Assembly (NCBI RefSeq): GCF_009914755.1
Contig: NC_060936.1
Length of the DNA stretch: 64,000 nt
Strand: one strand, 5' to 3'
Origin: the human T2T-CHM13v2.0 reference genome, Homo sapiens
Part shown: positions 29,101 through 44,100 of the stretch, in pieces
Position numbering within the stretch: the stretch's first letter is position 1
Layout: every line of letters starts with the position of its first letter
Notes under the pieces: model-generated
Told to the model about the DNA's origin: nothing
What the model saw: the letters and a program-made list of their open reading frames with translations, nothing else
Database searches by the model: none
Program-made: the position numbers and the translations under genes

Positions 29101-32100
29101 GCGATTGAAATCTCCAACTGGAAACTGCACAAATAGGGTGTTTCAAATCTGCTCTGTCTAAAGGAAGGTTCAACTCTGTGAGTTGAATACACACACCACA
29201 AATAAGTTACTGAGAATTCTTGTGTCGAACATTACTTGAAGAAATCCCGTTTCCAACGAAGGCCTCAAAGAGGTCCAAATATTCACTTGCAGATATTACA
29301 AACAGAGTGTTTCCAAACTGCTCCATCAAAAGAAAGGTTAAACTCTGTGAGCTGAACACACACATCAAAAAGAAGTTTCTGTGAATGATTCTGTCAAGAT
29401 TTTATAAGATGTTTCCATTTCTACCGTAGGACTCAAAGCGCTTGAAATCTCCAGCTGCAAATTCCACAAAAAGGGTGTTTAACATCTGCTCTTCTAAAGG
29501 AAAGTTCAACTCTATGAGTTGAATACACACAGCACAAAGAAGTTACTGAGACTTCTCCTATCAAACATTATATGAAGAAATCCCGTTTCCAACGAAGGCC
29601 TCAAAGAGGTCCAAATATCTGCTTGCAGACTTTAAAGACAGAGTTTTTCCAAACTGCTCCATCAAAAGAAAGGTTAAACTCCTTGAGTTGAAAACACACA
29701 TCACAAAGTAGTTTCTGTGAATGATTCTGTCTAGTTTCTATACGAAGATGTTTCCTTTTCTACCTTTGGTCTCAAAGCGATTGAAATCTCCACATGGAAA
29801 CTCCACAAAAAGAGTGTTTCAAATCTGCTCTTTCTGAAGGAAGGTTCAACTCTGTGAGTTGAATACACACACCACAAATAAGTTCCTGAGAATTCTTCTG
29901 TGTAACATTATATGAGGAAATCCCGTTTCCAACGAAGGCCTCAAAGAGGTCCAAATATCCACTTGCAGACTTTACAAAGACAGTGTCTCCAAACTCCTCC
30001 ATCAAAAGAAAGGTTATACTCTGTGAATTGAACGCACACATCACAAAGTAGTTTCTGAGAATGATTCTGTCTAGTTTTTATACGAAGATATTTCCTTTTC
30101 TACATTTGGCCTAAAAGCGCTTGAAATCTCCACCTGCAAATATCACAAAAAGAGGGTTTCACATCTGCTCTGTCTAAAGGACAGTTCACCTCTGTGAGTT
30201 GAGTAGAGGCAACACAAAGAACTTACTCAGTATTCTTCTTTCTAGCGTTCTATGAAGAAGTCACGTTTCCAACGAAGGCCCCAATGAGGTCCAAATATCT
30301 GCTTGCAGACTTTACAGACAGAGTGTTTCCAAACTACTCTATGAAAAGAAAGCTTAAACTTCTTGAGTTGAACGCACACATCACAAAGTAGTTTCTGAGA
30401 ATGATTCTGTCTAGTTTTTATACGAAGATGTTTCCTTTTCTACATTTGGTCTCAAAGCGATTGAAATCTCCAACTGGAAACTGCACAAATAGGGTGTTTC
30501 AAATCTGCTCTGTCTAAAGGAAGGTTCAACTCTTTGAGTTGAATACACACACCACAAATAAGTTCCTGAGAATTCTTCTGTCGAACATTACTTGAAGAAA
30601 TCCCGTTTCCAACGAAGGCCTCAAAGAGGTCCAAATATCCACTTGCAGACATTACAAACAGAGTGTTTCCAAACTGCTCCATCAAAAGAAAGGTTAAACT
30701 CTGTGAGCTGAACACACACATCAAAAAGAAGTTTCTGTGAATGATTCTGTCTAGATTTTATAAGAAGATGTTTCCTTTTCTACCGTAGGCCTCAAAGTGC
30801 TTGAAATCTCCAGCTGCAAATTCCACAAAAAGGGTGTTTAACATCTGCTCTTCTAAAGGAAAGTTCAACTCAATGAGTTGAATACACACAGCCCAAAGAA
30901 GTTACTGAGACTTCTCCTATCAAACATTATATGAAGAAATCCCGTTTCCAACGAAGGCCTCAAAGAGGTCCAAATATCTGCTTACAGACTTTACAAAGAC
31001 AGTGTCTCCAAACTCCTCCATCAAAAGAAAGGTTATACTCTGTGAATTGAACGCACACATCACAAAGTAGTTTCTGAGAATGATTCTGTCTAGTTTTTAT
31101 ACGAAGATATTTCCTTTTCTACATTTGGCCTAAAAGCGCTTGAAGTCTCCACCTGCAAATATCACAAAAAGAGGGTTTCACATCTGCTCTGTCTAAAGGA
31201 CAGTTCACCTTTGTGAGTTGAATAGAGGCAACACAAAGAACTTACTCAGTATTCTTCTTTCTAGCGTTCTATGAAGAAATCCCGTTTCCAACGAAGGCCC
31301 CAAAGAGGTCCAAATATCTGCTTGCAGACTTTACAGACAGAGTGTTTCCAAACTACTCTATGAAAAGAAAGCTTAAACTCCTTGAGTTGAACGCACACAT
31401 CACAAAGTAGTTTCTGAGAATGATTCTGTCTAGTTTTTATATGAAGATGTTTCCTTTTCTACATTTGGTCTCAAAGCGATTGAAATCTCCAACTGGAAAC
31501 TGCACAAATAGGGTGTTTCAAATCTGCTCTGTCTAAAGGAAGGTTCAACTCTGTGAGTTGAATACACACACCACAAATAAGTTACTGAGAATTCTTCTGT
31601 CGAACATTACTTGAAGAAATCCCGTTTCCAACGAAGGCCTCAAAGAGGTCCAAATATCCACTTGCAGACATTAGAAAAAGAGTGTTTCCAAACTGCCCCA
31701 TCAAAAGAAAGGTTAAACTCTGTGAGCTGAACACACACATCAAAAAGAAGTTTCTGTGAATGATTCTGTCAAGATTTTATAAGATGTTTCCATTTCTACC
31801 GTAGGACTCAAAGCGCTTGAAATCTCCAGCTGCAAATTCCACAAAAAGGGTGTTTAACATCTGCTCTTCTAAAGGAAAGTTCAACTCTATGAGTTGAATA
31901 CACACAGCACAAAGAAGTTACTGAGACTTCTCCTATCAAACATTATATGAAGAAATCCCGTTTCCAACGAAGGCCTCAAAGAGGTCCAAATATCTGCTTG
32001 CAGACTTTAAAGACAGAGTTTTTCCAAACTGCTCCATCAAAAGAAAGGTTAAACTCCTTGAGTTGAACACACACATCACAAAGTAGTTTCTGTGAATGAT

Positions 32101-35100
32101 TCTGTCTAGTTTTTATACGAAGATGTTTCCTTTTCTACCTTTGGTCTCAAAGCGATTGAAATCTCCACATGGAAACTCCACAAAAAGAGTGTTTCAAATC
32201 TGCTCTTTCTGAAGGAAGGTTCAACTCTGTGAGTTGAATACACACACCACAAATAAGTTACTGAGAATTCTTCTGTGTAACATTATATGAGGAAATCCCG
32301 TTTCCAACGAAGGCCTCAAAGAGGTCCAAATATCCACTTGCAGACTTTACAAAGACAGTGTCTCCAAACTCCTCCATCAAAAGAAAGGTTATACTCTGTG
32401 AATTGAACGCACACATCACAAAGTAGTTTCTGAGAATGATTCTGTCTAGTTTTTATACGAAGATATTTCCTTTTCTACATTTGGCCTAAAAGCGCTTGAA
32501 ATCTCCACCTGCAAATATCACAAAAAGAGGGTTTCACATCTGCTCTGTCTAAAGGACAGTTCACCTCTGTGAGTTGAGTAGAGGCAACACAAAGAACTTA
32601 CTCAGTATTCTTCTTTCTAGCGTTCTATGAAGAAATCACGTTTCCAACGAAGGCCCCAAAGAGGTCCAAATATCTGCTTGCAGACTTTACAGACAGAGTG
32701 TTTCCAAACTACTCTATGAAAAGAAAGCTTAAACTTCTTGAGTTGAACGCACACATCACAAAGTAGTTTCTGAGAATGATTCTGTCTAGTTTTTATACGA
32801 AGATGTTTCCTTTTCTACATTTGGTCTCAAAGCGATTGAAATCTCCAACTGGAAACTGCACAAATAGGGTGTTTCAAATCTGCTCTGTCTAAAGGAAGGT
32901 TCAACTCTTTGAGTTGAATACACACACCACAAATAAGTTACTGAGAATTCTTCTGTCGAACATTACTTGAAGAAAACCCGTTTCCAACGAAGGCCTCAAA
33001 GAGGTCCAAATATCCACTTGCAGACATTACAAACAGAGTGTTTCCAAACTGCTCCATCAAAACAAAGGTTAAACTCTGTGAGCTGAACACACACATCAAA
33101 AAGAAGTTTCTGTGAATGATTCTGTCTAGATTTTATAAGAAGATGTTTCCTTTTCTACCGTAGGCCTCAAAGTGCTTGAAATCTCCAGCTGCAAATTCCA
33201 CAAAAAGGGTGTTTAACATCTGCTCTTCTAAAGGAAAGTTCAACTCAATGAGTTGAATACACACAGCCCAAAGAAGTTACTGAGACTTCTCCTATCAAAC
33301 ATTATATGAAGAAATCCCGTTTCCAACGAAGGCCTCAAAGAGGTCCAAATATCTGCTTGCAGACTTTACAAAGACAGTGTCTCCAAACTCCTCCATCAAA
33401 AGAAAGGTTATACTCTGTGAATTGAACGCACACATCACAAAGTAGTTTCTCAGAATGATTCTGTCTAGTTTTTATACGAAGATATTTCCTTTTCTACATT
33501 TGGCCTAAAAGCGCTTGAAGTCTCCACCTGCAAATATCACAAAAAGAGGGTTTCACATCTGCTCTGTCTAAAGGACAGTTCACCTTTGTGAGTTGAATAG
33601 AGGCAACACAAAGAACTTACTCAGTATTCTTCTTTCTAGCGTTCTATGAAGAAATCCCGTTTCCAACGAAGGCCCCAAAGAGGTCCAAATATCTGCTTGC
33701 AGACTTTACAGACAGAGTGTTTCCAAACTACTCTATGAAAAGAAAGCTTAAACTCCTTGAGTTGAACGCACACATCACAAAGTAGTTTCTGAGAATGATT
33801 CTGTCTAGTTTTTATACGAAGATGTTTCCTTTTCTACATTTGGTCTCAAAGCGATTGAAATCTCCAACTGGAAACTGCACAAATAGGGTGTTTCAAATCT
33901 GCTCTGTCTAAAGGAAGGTTCAACTCTGTGTGTTGAATACACACACCACAAATAAGTTACTGAGAATTCTTCTGTCGAACATTACTTGAAGAAATCCCGT
34001 TTCCAACGAAGGCCTCAAAGAGGTCCAAATATCCACTTGCAGACATTACAAACAGAGTGTTTCCAAACTGCTCCATCAAAAGAAAGGTTAAACTCTGTGA
34101 GCTGAACACACACATCAAAAAGAAGTTTCTGTGAATGATTCTGTCTAGATTTTATAAGAACATATTTCCTTTTCTACCGTAGGCCACAAAGCGCTTGAAA
34201 TCTCCAGCTGCAAATTCCACAAAAAGGGTGTTTAACATCTGCTCTTCTAAAGGAAAGTTCAACTCTATGCGTTGAGTACACACAGCACAAAGAAGTTACT
34301 GAGACTTCTCCTATCAAACATTATATGAAGAAATCCCGTTTCCAACGAAGGCCTCAAAGAGGTCCAAATATCTGCTTGCAGTCTTTAAAGACAGAGTTTT
34401 TCCAAACTGCTCCATCAAAAGAAAGGTTAAACTCCTTGAGTTGAACACACACATCACAAAGTAGTTTCTGTGAATGATTCTGTCTAGTTTTTATACGAAG
34501 ACGTTTCCTTTTCTACCTTTGGTCTCAAAGCGATTGAAATCTCCACATGGAAACTCCACAAAAAGAGTGTTTCAAATCTGCTCTTTCTGAAGGAAGGTTC
34601 AACTCTGTGAGTTGAATACACACACCACAAATAAGTTACTGAGAATTCTTCTGTGTAACATTATATGAGGAAATCCCGTTTCCAACGAAGGCCTCAAAAA
34701 GGTCCAAATATCCACTTGCAGACTTTACAAAGACAGTGTCTCCAAACTCCTCCATCAAAAGAAAGGTTATACTCTGTGAATTGAACGCACACATCACAAA
34801 GTAGTTTCTGAGAATGATTCTGTCTAGTTTTTATACGAAGATATTTCCTTTTCTACATTTGGCCTAAAAGCGCTTGAAATCTCCACCTGCAAATATCACA
34901 AAAAGAGGGTTTCACATCTGCTCTGTCTAAAGGACAGTTCACCTCTGTGAGTTGAGTAGAGGCAACACAAAGAACTTACTCAGTATTCTTCTTTCTAGCG
35001 TTCTATGAAGAAATCACGTTTCCAACGAAGGCCCCAAAGAGGTCCAAATATCTGCTTGCAGACTTTACAGACAGAGTGTTTCCAAACTACTCTATGAAAA

Positions 35101-38100
35101 GAAAGCTTAAACTTCTTGAGTTGAACGCACACATCACAAAGTAGTTTCTGAGAATGATTCTGTCTAGTTTTTATACGAAGATGTTTCCTTTTCTACATTT
35201 GGTCTCAAAGCGATTGAAATCTCCAACTGGAAACTGCACAAATAGGGTGTTTCAAATCTGCTCTGTCTAAAGGAAGGTTCAACTCTTTGAGTTGAATACA
35301 CACACCACAAATAAGTTACTGAGAATTCTTCTGTCGAACATTTCTTGAAGAAATCCCGTTTCCAACGAAGGCCTCAAAGAGGTCCAAATATCCACTTGCA
35401 GACATTACAAACAGAGTGTTTCCAAACTGCTCCATCAAAACAAAGGTTAAACTCTGTGAGCTGAACACACACATCAAAAAGAAGTTTCTGTGAATGATTC
35501 TGTCTAGATTTTATAAGAAGATGTTTCCTTTTCTACCGTAGGCCTCAAAGTGCTTGAAATCTCCAGCTGCAAATTCCACAAAAAGGGTGTTTAACATCTG
35601 CTCTTCTAAAGGAAAGTTCAACTCAATGAGTTGAATACACACAGCCCAAAGAAGTTACTGAGACTTCTCCTATCAAACATTATATGAAGAAATCCCGTTT
35701 CCAACGAAGGCCTCAAAGAGGTCCAAATATCTGCTTGCAGACTTTACAAAGACAGTGTCTCCAAACTCCTCCATCAAAAGAAAGGTTATACTCTGTGAAT
35801 TGAACGCACACATCACAAAGTAGTTTCTGAGAATGATTCTGTCTAGTTTTTATACGAAGATATTTCCTTTTCTACATTTGGCCTAAAAGCGCTTGAAGTC
35901 TCCACCTGCAAATATCACAAAAAGAGGGTTTCACATCTGCTCTGTCTAAAGGACAGTTCACCTTTGTGAGTTGAATAGAGGCAACACAAAGAACTTACTC
36001 AGTATTCTTCTTTCTAGCGTTCTATGAAGAAATCCCGTTTCCAACGAAGGCCCCAAAGAGGTCCAAATATCTGCTTGCAGACTTTACAGACAGAGTGTTT
36101 CCAAACTACTCTATGAAAAGAAAGCTTAAACTCCTTGAGTTGAACGCACACATCACAAAGTAGTTTCTGAGAATGATTCTGTCTAGTTTTTATACGAAGA
36201 TGTTTCCTTTTCTACATTTGGTCTCAAAGCGATTGAAATCTCCAACTGGAAACTGCACAAATAGGGTGTTTCAAATCTGCTCTGTCTAAAGGAAGGTTCA
36301 ACTCTGTGTGTTGAATACACACACCACAAATAAGTTACTGAGAATTCTTCTGTCGAACATTACTTGAAGAAATCCCGTTTCCAACGAAGGCCTCAAAGAG
36401 GTCCAAATATCCACTTGCAGACATTACAAACAGAGTGTTTCCAAACTGCTCCATCAAAAGAAAGGTTAAACTCTGTGAGCTGAACACACACATCAAAAAG
36501 AAGTTTCTGTGAATGATTCTGTCTAGATTTTATAAGAACATATTTCCTTTTCTACCGTAGGCCACAAAGCGCTTGAAATCTCCAGCTGCAAATTCCACAA
36601 AAAGGGTGTTTAACATCTGCTCTTCTAAAGGAAAGTTCAACTCTATGCGTTGAGTACACACAGCACAAAGAAGTTACTGAGACTTCTCCTATCAAACATT
36701 ATATGAAGAAATCCCGTTTCCAACGAAGGCCTCAAAGAGGTCCAAATATCTGCTTGCAGTCTTTAAAGACAGAGTTTTTCCAAACTGCTCCATCAAAAGA
36801 AAGGTTAAACTCCTTGAGTTGAACACACACATCACAAAGTAGTTTCTGTGAATGATTCTGTCTAGTTTTTATACGAAGACGTTTCCTTTTCTACCTTTGG
36901 TCTCAAAGCGATTGAAATCTCCACATGGAAACTCCACAAAAAGAGTGTTTCAAATCTGCTCTTTCTGAAGGAAGGTTCAACTCTGTGAGTTGAATACACA
37001 CACCACAAATAAGTTACTGAGAATTCTTCTGTGTAACATTATATGAGGAAATCCCGTTTCCAACGAAGGCCTCAAAAAGGTCCAAATATCCACTTGCAGA
37101 CTTTACAAAGACAGTGTCTCCAAACTCCTCCATCAAAAGAAAGGTTATACTCTGTGAATTGAACGCACACATCACAAAGTAGTTTCTGAGAATGATTCTG
37201 TCTAGTTTTTATACGAAGATATTTCCTTTTCTACATTTGGCCTAAAAGCGCTTGAAATCTCCACCTGCAAATATCACAAAAAGAGGGTTTCACATCTGCT
37301 CTGTCTAAAGGACAGTTCACCTCTGTGAGTTGAGTAGAGGCAACACAAAGAACTTACTCAGTATTCTTCTTTCTAGCGTTCTATGAAGAAATCACGTTTC
37401 CAACGAAGGCCCCAAAGAGGTCCAAATATCTGCTTGCAGACTTTACAGACAGAGTGTTTCCAAACTACTCTATGAAAAGAAAGCTTAAACTTCTTGAGTT
37501 GAACGCACACATCACAAAGTAGTTTCTGAGAATGATTCTGTCTAGTTTTTATACGAAGATGTTTCCTTTTCTACATTTGGTCTCAAAGCGATTGAAATCT
37601 CCAACTGGAAACTGCACAAATAGGGTGTTTCAAATCTGCTCTGTCTAAAGGAAGGTTCAACTCTTTGAGTTGAATACACACACCACAAATAAGTTACTGA
37701 GAATTCTTCTGTCGAACATTTCTTGAAGAAATCCCGTTTCCAACGAAGGCCTCAAAGAGGTCCAAATATCCACTTGCAGACATTACAAACAGAGTGTTTC
37801 CAAACTGCTCCATCAAAACAAAGGTTAAACTCTGTGAGCTGAACACACACATCAAAAAGAAGTTTCTGTGAATGATTCTGTCTAGATTTTATAAGAAGAT
37901 GTTTCCTTTTCTACCGTAGGCCTCAAAGTGCTTGAAATCTCCAGCTGCAAATTCCACAAAAAGGGTGTTTAACATCTGCTCTTCTAAAGGAAAGTTCAAC
38001 TCAATGAGTTGAATACACACAGCCCAAAGAAGTTACTGAGACTTCTCCTATCAAACATTATATGAAGAAATCCCGTTTCCAACGAAGGCCTCAAAGAGGT

Positions 38101-41100
38101 CCAAATATCTGCTTGCAGACTTTACAAAGACAGTGTCTCCAAACTCCTCCATCAAAAGAAAGGTTATACTCTGTGAATTGAACGCACACATCACAAAGTA
38201 GTTTCTGAGAATGATTCTGTCTAGTTTTTATACGAAGATATTTCCTTTTCTACATTTGGCCTAAAAGCGCTTGAAGTCTCCACCTGCAAATATCACAAAA
38301 AGAGGGTTTCACATCTGCTCTGTCTAAAGGACAGTTCACCTTTGTGAGTTGAATAGAGGCAACACAAAGAACTTACTCAGTATTCTTCTTTCTAGCGTTC
38401 TATGAAGAAATCCCGTTTCCAACGAAGGCCCCAAAGAGGTCCAAATATCTGCTTGCAGACTTTACAGACAGAGTGTTTCCAAACTACTCTATGAAAAGAA
38501 AGCTTAAACTCCTTGAGTTGAACGCACACATCACAAAGTAGTTTCTGAGAATGATTCTGTCTAGTTTTTATACGAAGATGTTTCCTTTTCTACATTTGGT
38601 CTCAAAGCGATTGAAATCTCCAACTGGAAACTGCACAAATAGGGTGTTTCAAATCTGCTCTGTCTAAAGGAAGGTTCAACTCTGTGTGTTGAATACACAC
38701 ACCACAAATAAGTTACTGAGAATTCTTCTGTCGAACATTACTTGAAGAAATCCCGTTTCCAACGAAGGCCTCAAAGAGGTCCAAATATCCACTTGCAGAC
38801 ATTACAAACAGAGTGTTTCCAAACTGCTCCATCAAAAGAAAGGTTAAACTCTGTGAGCTGAACACACACATCAAAAAGAAGTTTCTGTGAATGATTCTGT
38901 CTAGATTTTATAAGAACATATTTCCTTTTCTACCGTAGGCCACAAAGCGCTTGAAATCTCCAGCTGCAAATTCCACAAAAAGGGTGTTTAACATCTGCTC
39001 TTCTAAAGGAAAGTTCAACTCTATGCGTTGAGTACACACAGCTCAAAGAAGTTACTGAGACTTCTCCTATCAAACATTATATGAAGAAATCCCGTTTCCA
39101 ACGAAGGCCTCAAAGAGGTCCAAATATCTGCTTGCAGTCTTTAAAGACAGAGTTTTTCCAAACTGCTCCATCAAAAGAAAGGTTAAACTCCTTGAGTTGA
39201 ACACACACATCACAAAGTAGTTTCTGTGAATGATTCTGTCTAGTTTTTATACGAAGATGTTTCCTTTTCTACCTTTGGTCTCAAAGCGATTGAAATCTCC
39301 ACATGGAAACACCACAAAAAGAGTGTTTCAAATCTGCTCTTTCTGAAGGAAGGTTCAACTCTGTGAGTTGAATACACACACCACAAATAAGTTACTGAGA
39401 ATTCTTCTGTGTAACATTATATGAGGAAATCCCGTTTCCAACGAAGGCCTCAAAGAGGTCCAAATATCCACTTGCAGACTTTACAAAGACAGTGTCTCCA
39501 AACTCCTCCATCAAAAGAAAGGTTATACTCTGTGAATTGAACGCACACATCACAAAGTAGTTTCTGAGAATGATTCTGTCTAGTTTTTATACGAAGATAT
39601 TTCCTTTTCTACATTTGGCCTAAAAGCGCTTGAAATCTCCACCTGCAAATATCACAAAAAGAGGGTTTCACATCTGCTCTGTCTAAAGGACAGTTCACCT
39701 CTGTGAGTTGAGTAGAGGCAACACAAAGAACTTACTCAGTATTCTTCTTTCTAGCGTTCTATGAAGAAATCCCGTTTCCAACGAAGGCCCCAATGAGGTC
39801 CAAATATCTGCTTGCAGACTTTACAGACAGAGTGTTTCCAAACTACTCTATGAAAAGAAAGCTTAAACTTCTTGAGTTGAACGCACACATAACAAAGTAG
39901 TTTCTGAGAATGATTCTGTCTAGTTTTTATACGAAGATGTTTCCTTTTCTACATTTGGTCTCAAAGCGATTGAAATCTCCAACTGGAAACTGCACAAATA
40001 GGGTGTTTCAAATCTGCTCTGTCTAAAGGAAGGTTCAACTCTTTGAGTTGAATACACACACCACAAATAAGTTACTGAGAATTCTTCTGTCGAACATTAC
40101 TTGAAGAAATCCCGTTTCCAACGAAGGCCTCAAAGAGGTCCAAATATCCACTTGCAGACATTACAAACAGAGTGTTTCCAAACTGCTCCATCAAAAGAAA
40201 GGTTAAACTCTGTGAGCTGAACACACACATCAAAAAGTAGTTTCTGTGAATGATTCTGTCTAGATTTTATAAGAAGATGTTTCCTTTTCTACCGTAGGCC
40301 TCAAAGTGCTTGAAATCTCCAGCTGCAAATTCCACAAAAAGGGTGTTTAACATCTGCTCTTCTAAAGGAAAGTTCAACTCAACGAGTTGAATACACACAG
40401 CCCAAAGAAGTTACTGAGACTTCTCCTATCAAACATTATATGAAGAAATCCCGTTTCCAACGAAGGCCTCAAAGAGGTCCAAATATCTGCTTGCAGACTT
40501 TACAAAGACAGTGTCTCCAAACTCCTCCATCAAAAGAAAGGTTATACTCTGTGAATTGAACGCACACATCACAAAGTAGTTTCTGAGAATGATTCTGTCT
40601 AGTTTTTATACGAAGATATTTCCTTTTCTACATTTGGCCTAAAAGCGCTTGAAGTCTCCACCTGCAAATATCACAAAAAGAGGGTTTCACATCTGCTCTG
40701 TCTAAAGGACAGATCACCTTTGTGAGTTGAATAGAGGCAACACAAAGAACTTACTCAGTATTCTTCTTTCTAGCGTTCTATGAAGAAATCCCGTTTCCAA
40801 CGAAGGCCCCAAAGAGGTCCAAATATCTGCTTGCAGACTTTACAGACAGAGTGTTTCCAAACTACTCTATGAAAAGAAAGCTTAAACTCCTTGAGTTGAA
40901 CGCACACATCACAAAGTAGTTTCTGAGAATGATTCTGTCTAGTTTTTATACGAAGATGTTTCCTTTTCTACATTTGGTCTCAAAGCGATTGAAATCTCCA
41001 ACTGGAAAATGCACAAATAGGGTGTTTCAAATCTGCTCTGTCTAAAGGAAGGTTCAACTCTGTGAGTTGAATACACACACCACAAATAAGTTACTGAGAA

Positions 41101-44100
41101 TTCTTCTGTCGAACATTACTTGAAGAAATCCCGTTTCCAACGAAGGCCTCAAAGAGGTCCAAATATCCACTTGCAGACATTACAAACAGAGTGTTTCCAA
41201 ACTGCTCCATCAAAAGAAAGGTTAAACTCTGTGAGCTGAACACACACATCAAAAAGAAGTTTCTGTGAATGATTCTGTCTAGATTTTATAAGAACATATT
41301 TCCTTTTCTACCGTAGGCCACAAAGCGCTTGAAATCTCCAGCTGCAAATTCCACAAAAAGGGTGTTTAACATCTGCTCTTCTAAAGGAAAGTTCAACTCT
41401 ATGAGTTGAATACACACAGCACAAAGAAGTTACTGAGACTTCTCCTATCAAACATTATATGAAGAAATCCCGTTTCCAACGAAGGCCTCAAAGAGGTCCA
41501 AATATCCACTTGCAGACATTACAAACAGAGTGTTTCCAAACTGTTCCATCAAAAGAAAGATTAAACTCTGTGAGCTGAACACACACATGAAAAAGAAGTT
41601 TCTGTGAATGATTCTGTCTAGATTTTATACGAAGATGTTTCCTTTTCTACCTTTGGTCTCAATGCGATTGAAATCTCCACCTGGAAACTCCACAAAAAGT
41701 GTGTTTCAAATCTGCTCTTTCTGAAGGAAGGTTCAACTCTGTGAGTTGAATAAACACACCACAAATAAGTTACTGAGAATTCTTCTGTGTAACATTATAT
41801 GAGGAAATCCCGTTTCCAACGAAGGCCTCAAAGAGGTCCAAATATCCACTTGCAGACTTTACAAAGACAGTGTCTCCAAACTCCTCCATCAAAAGAAAGG
41901 TTATACTCTGTGAATTGAACGCACACATCACAAAGTAGTTTCTGAGAATGATTCTGTCTAGTTTTTATACGAAGATATTTCCTTTTCTACATTTGGCCTA
42001 AAAGCGCTTGAAATCTCCACCTGCAAATATCACAAAAAGAGGGTTTCACATCTGCTCTGTCTAAAGGACAGTTCACCTCTGTGAGTTGAATAGAGGCAAC
42101 ACAAAGAACTTACTCAGTATTCTTCTTTCTAGCGTTCTATGAAGAAATCCCGTTTCCAACGAAGGCCCCAAAGAGGTCCAAATATCTGCTTGCACACTTT
42201 ACAGACAGAGTGTTTCCAAACTACTCTATGAAAAGAAAGCTTAAACTCCTTGAGTTGAACGCACACATCACAAAGTAGTTTCTGAGAATGATTCTGTCCA
42301 GTTTTTATACGAAGATGTTTCCTTTTCTACATTTGGTCTCAAAGCGATTGAAATCTCCAACTGGAAACTGCACAAATACGGTGTTTCAAATCTGCTCTGT
42401 CTAAAGGAAGGTTCAACTCTGTGAGTTGAATACACACACCACAAATAAGTTACTGAGAATTCTTCTGTCGAACATTACTTGAAGAAATCCCGTTTCCAAC
42501 GAAGGCCTCAAAGAGGTCCAAATATTCACTTGCAGATATTACAAACAGAGTGTTTCCAAACTGCTCCATCAAAAGAAAGGTTAAACTCTGTGAGCTGAAC
42601 ACACACATCAAAAACAAGTTTCTGTGAATGATTCTGTCTAGATTTTATAAGAAGATGTTTCCTTTTCTACCGTAGGACTCAAAGCGCTTGAAATCTCCAG
42701 CTGCAAATTCCACAAAAAGGGTGTTTAACATCTGCTCTTCTAAAGGAAAGTTCAACTCTATGAGTTGAATACACACAGCACAAAGAAGTTACTGAGACTT
42801 CTCCTATCAAACATTATATGAAGAAATCCCGTTTCCAACGAAGGCCTCAAAGAGGTCCAAATATCTGCTTGCAGACTTTAAAGACAGAGTTTTTCCAAAC
42901 TGCTCCATCAAAAGAAAGGTTAAACTCCTTGAGTTGAACACACACATCACAAAGTAGTTTCTGTGAATGATTCTGTCTAGTTTTTATACGAAGATGTTTC
43001 CTTTTCTAGCTTTGGTCTCAAAGCGATTGAAATCTCCACATGGAAACTCCACAAAAAGAGTGTTTCAAATCTGCTGTTTCTGAAGGAAGGTTCAACTCTG
43101 TGAGTTGAATACACGCACCACAAATAAGTTACTGGGAATTCTTCTGTGTAAAATTATATGAGGAAATCCCGTTTCCAACGAAGGCCTCAAAGAGGTCCAA
43201 ATATCCACTTGCAGACTTTACAAAGACAGTGTCTCCAAACTCCTCCATCAAAAGAAAGGTTATACTCTGTGAATTGAACGCACACATCACAAAGTAGTTT
43301 CTGAGAATGATTCTGTCTAGTTTTTATACGAAGATATTTCCTTTTCTACATTTGGCCTAAAAGCGCTTGAAATCTCCACCTGCAAATATCACAAAAAGAG
43401 GGTTTCACATCTGCTCTGTCTAAAGGACAGTTCACCTCTGTGAGTTGAATAGAGGCAACACAAAGAACTTACTGAGTATTCTTCTTTCTAGCGTTCTATG
43501 AAGAAATCCCGTTTCCAACGAAGGCCCCAATGAGGTCCAAATATCTGCTTGCAGACTTTACAGACAGAGTGTTTCCAAACTACTCTATGAAAAGAAAGCT
43601 TAAACTCCTTGAGTTGAACGCACACATCACAAAGTAGTTTCTGAGAATGATTCTGTCTAGTTTTTATACGAAGATGTTTCCTTTTCTACATTTGGTCTCA
43701 AAGCGATTGAAATCTCCAACTGGAAACTGCACAAATAGGGTGTTTCAAATCTGCTCTGTCTAAAGGAAGGTTCAACTCTGTGAGTTGAATACACACACCA
43801 CAAATAAGTTACTGAGAATTCTTCTGTCGAACATTACTTGAAGAAATCCCTTTTCCAACGAAGGCCTCAAAGAGGTCCAAATATCCACTTGCAGACATTA
43901 CAAACAGAGTGTTTCCAAACTGCTCCATCAAAAGAAAGGTTAAACTCTGTGAGCTGAACACACACATCAAAAAGAAGTTTCTGTGAATGATTCTGTCTAG
44001 ATTTTATAAGAAGATGTTTCCTTTTCTACCGTAGGCCTCAAAGCGCTTGAAATCTCCAGCTGCAAATTCCACAAAAAGGGTGTTTAACATCTGCTCTTCT

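Noticed and set aside
1247-30724. Six 90-107 aa minus-strand ORFs
   Set aside because: They are translations of satellite monomers. Five exist only because one substitution (aagttactg>aagttcctg) removes a TAA stop, and the sixth depends on the 3-bp-deleted C variant. There is no gene context or recognisable domain. They are useful only as duplication markers.
32976-32992. Variant box ACCCGTTTCCAACGAAG
   Set aside because: The change is at a non-core N position, so it was not counted as a broken CENP-B box.
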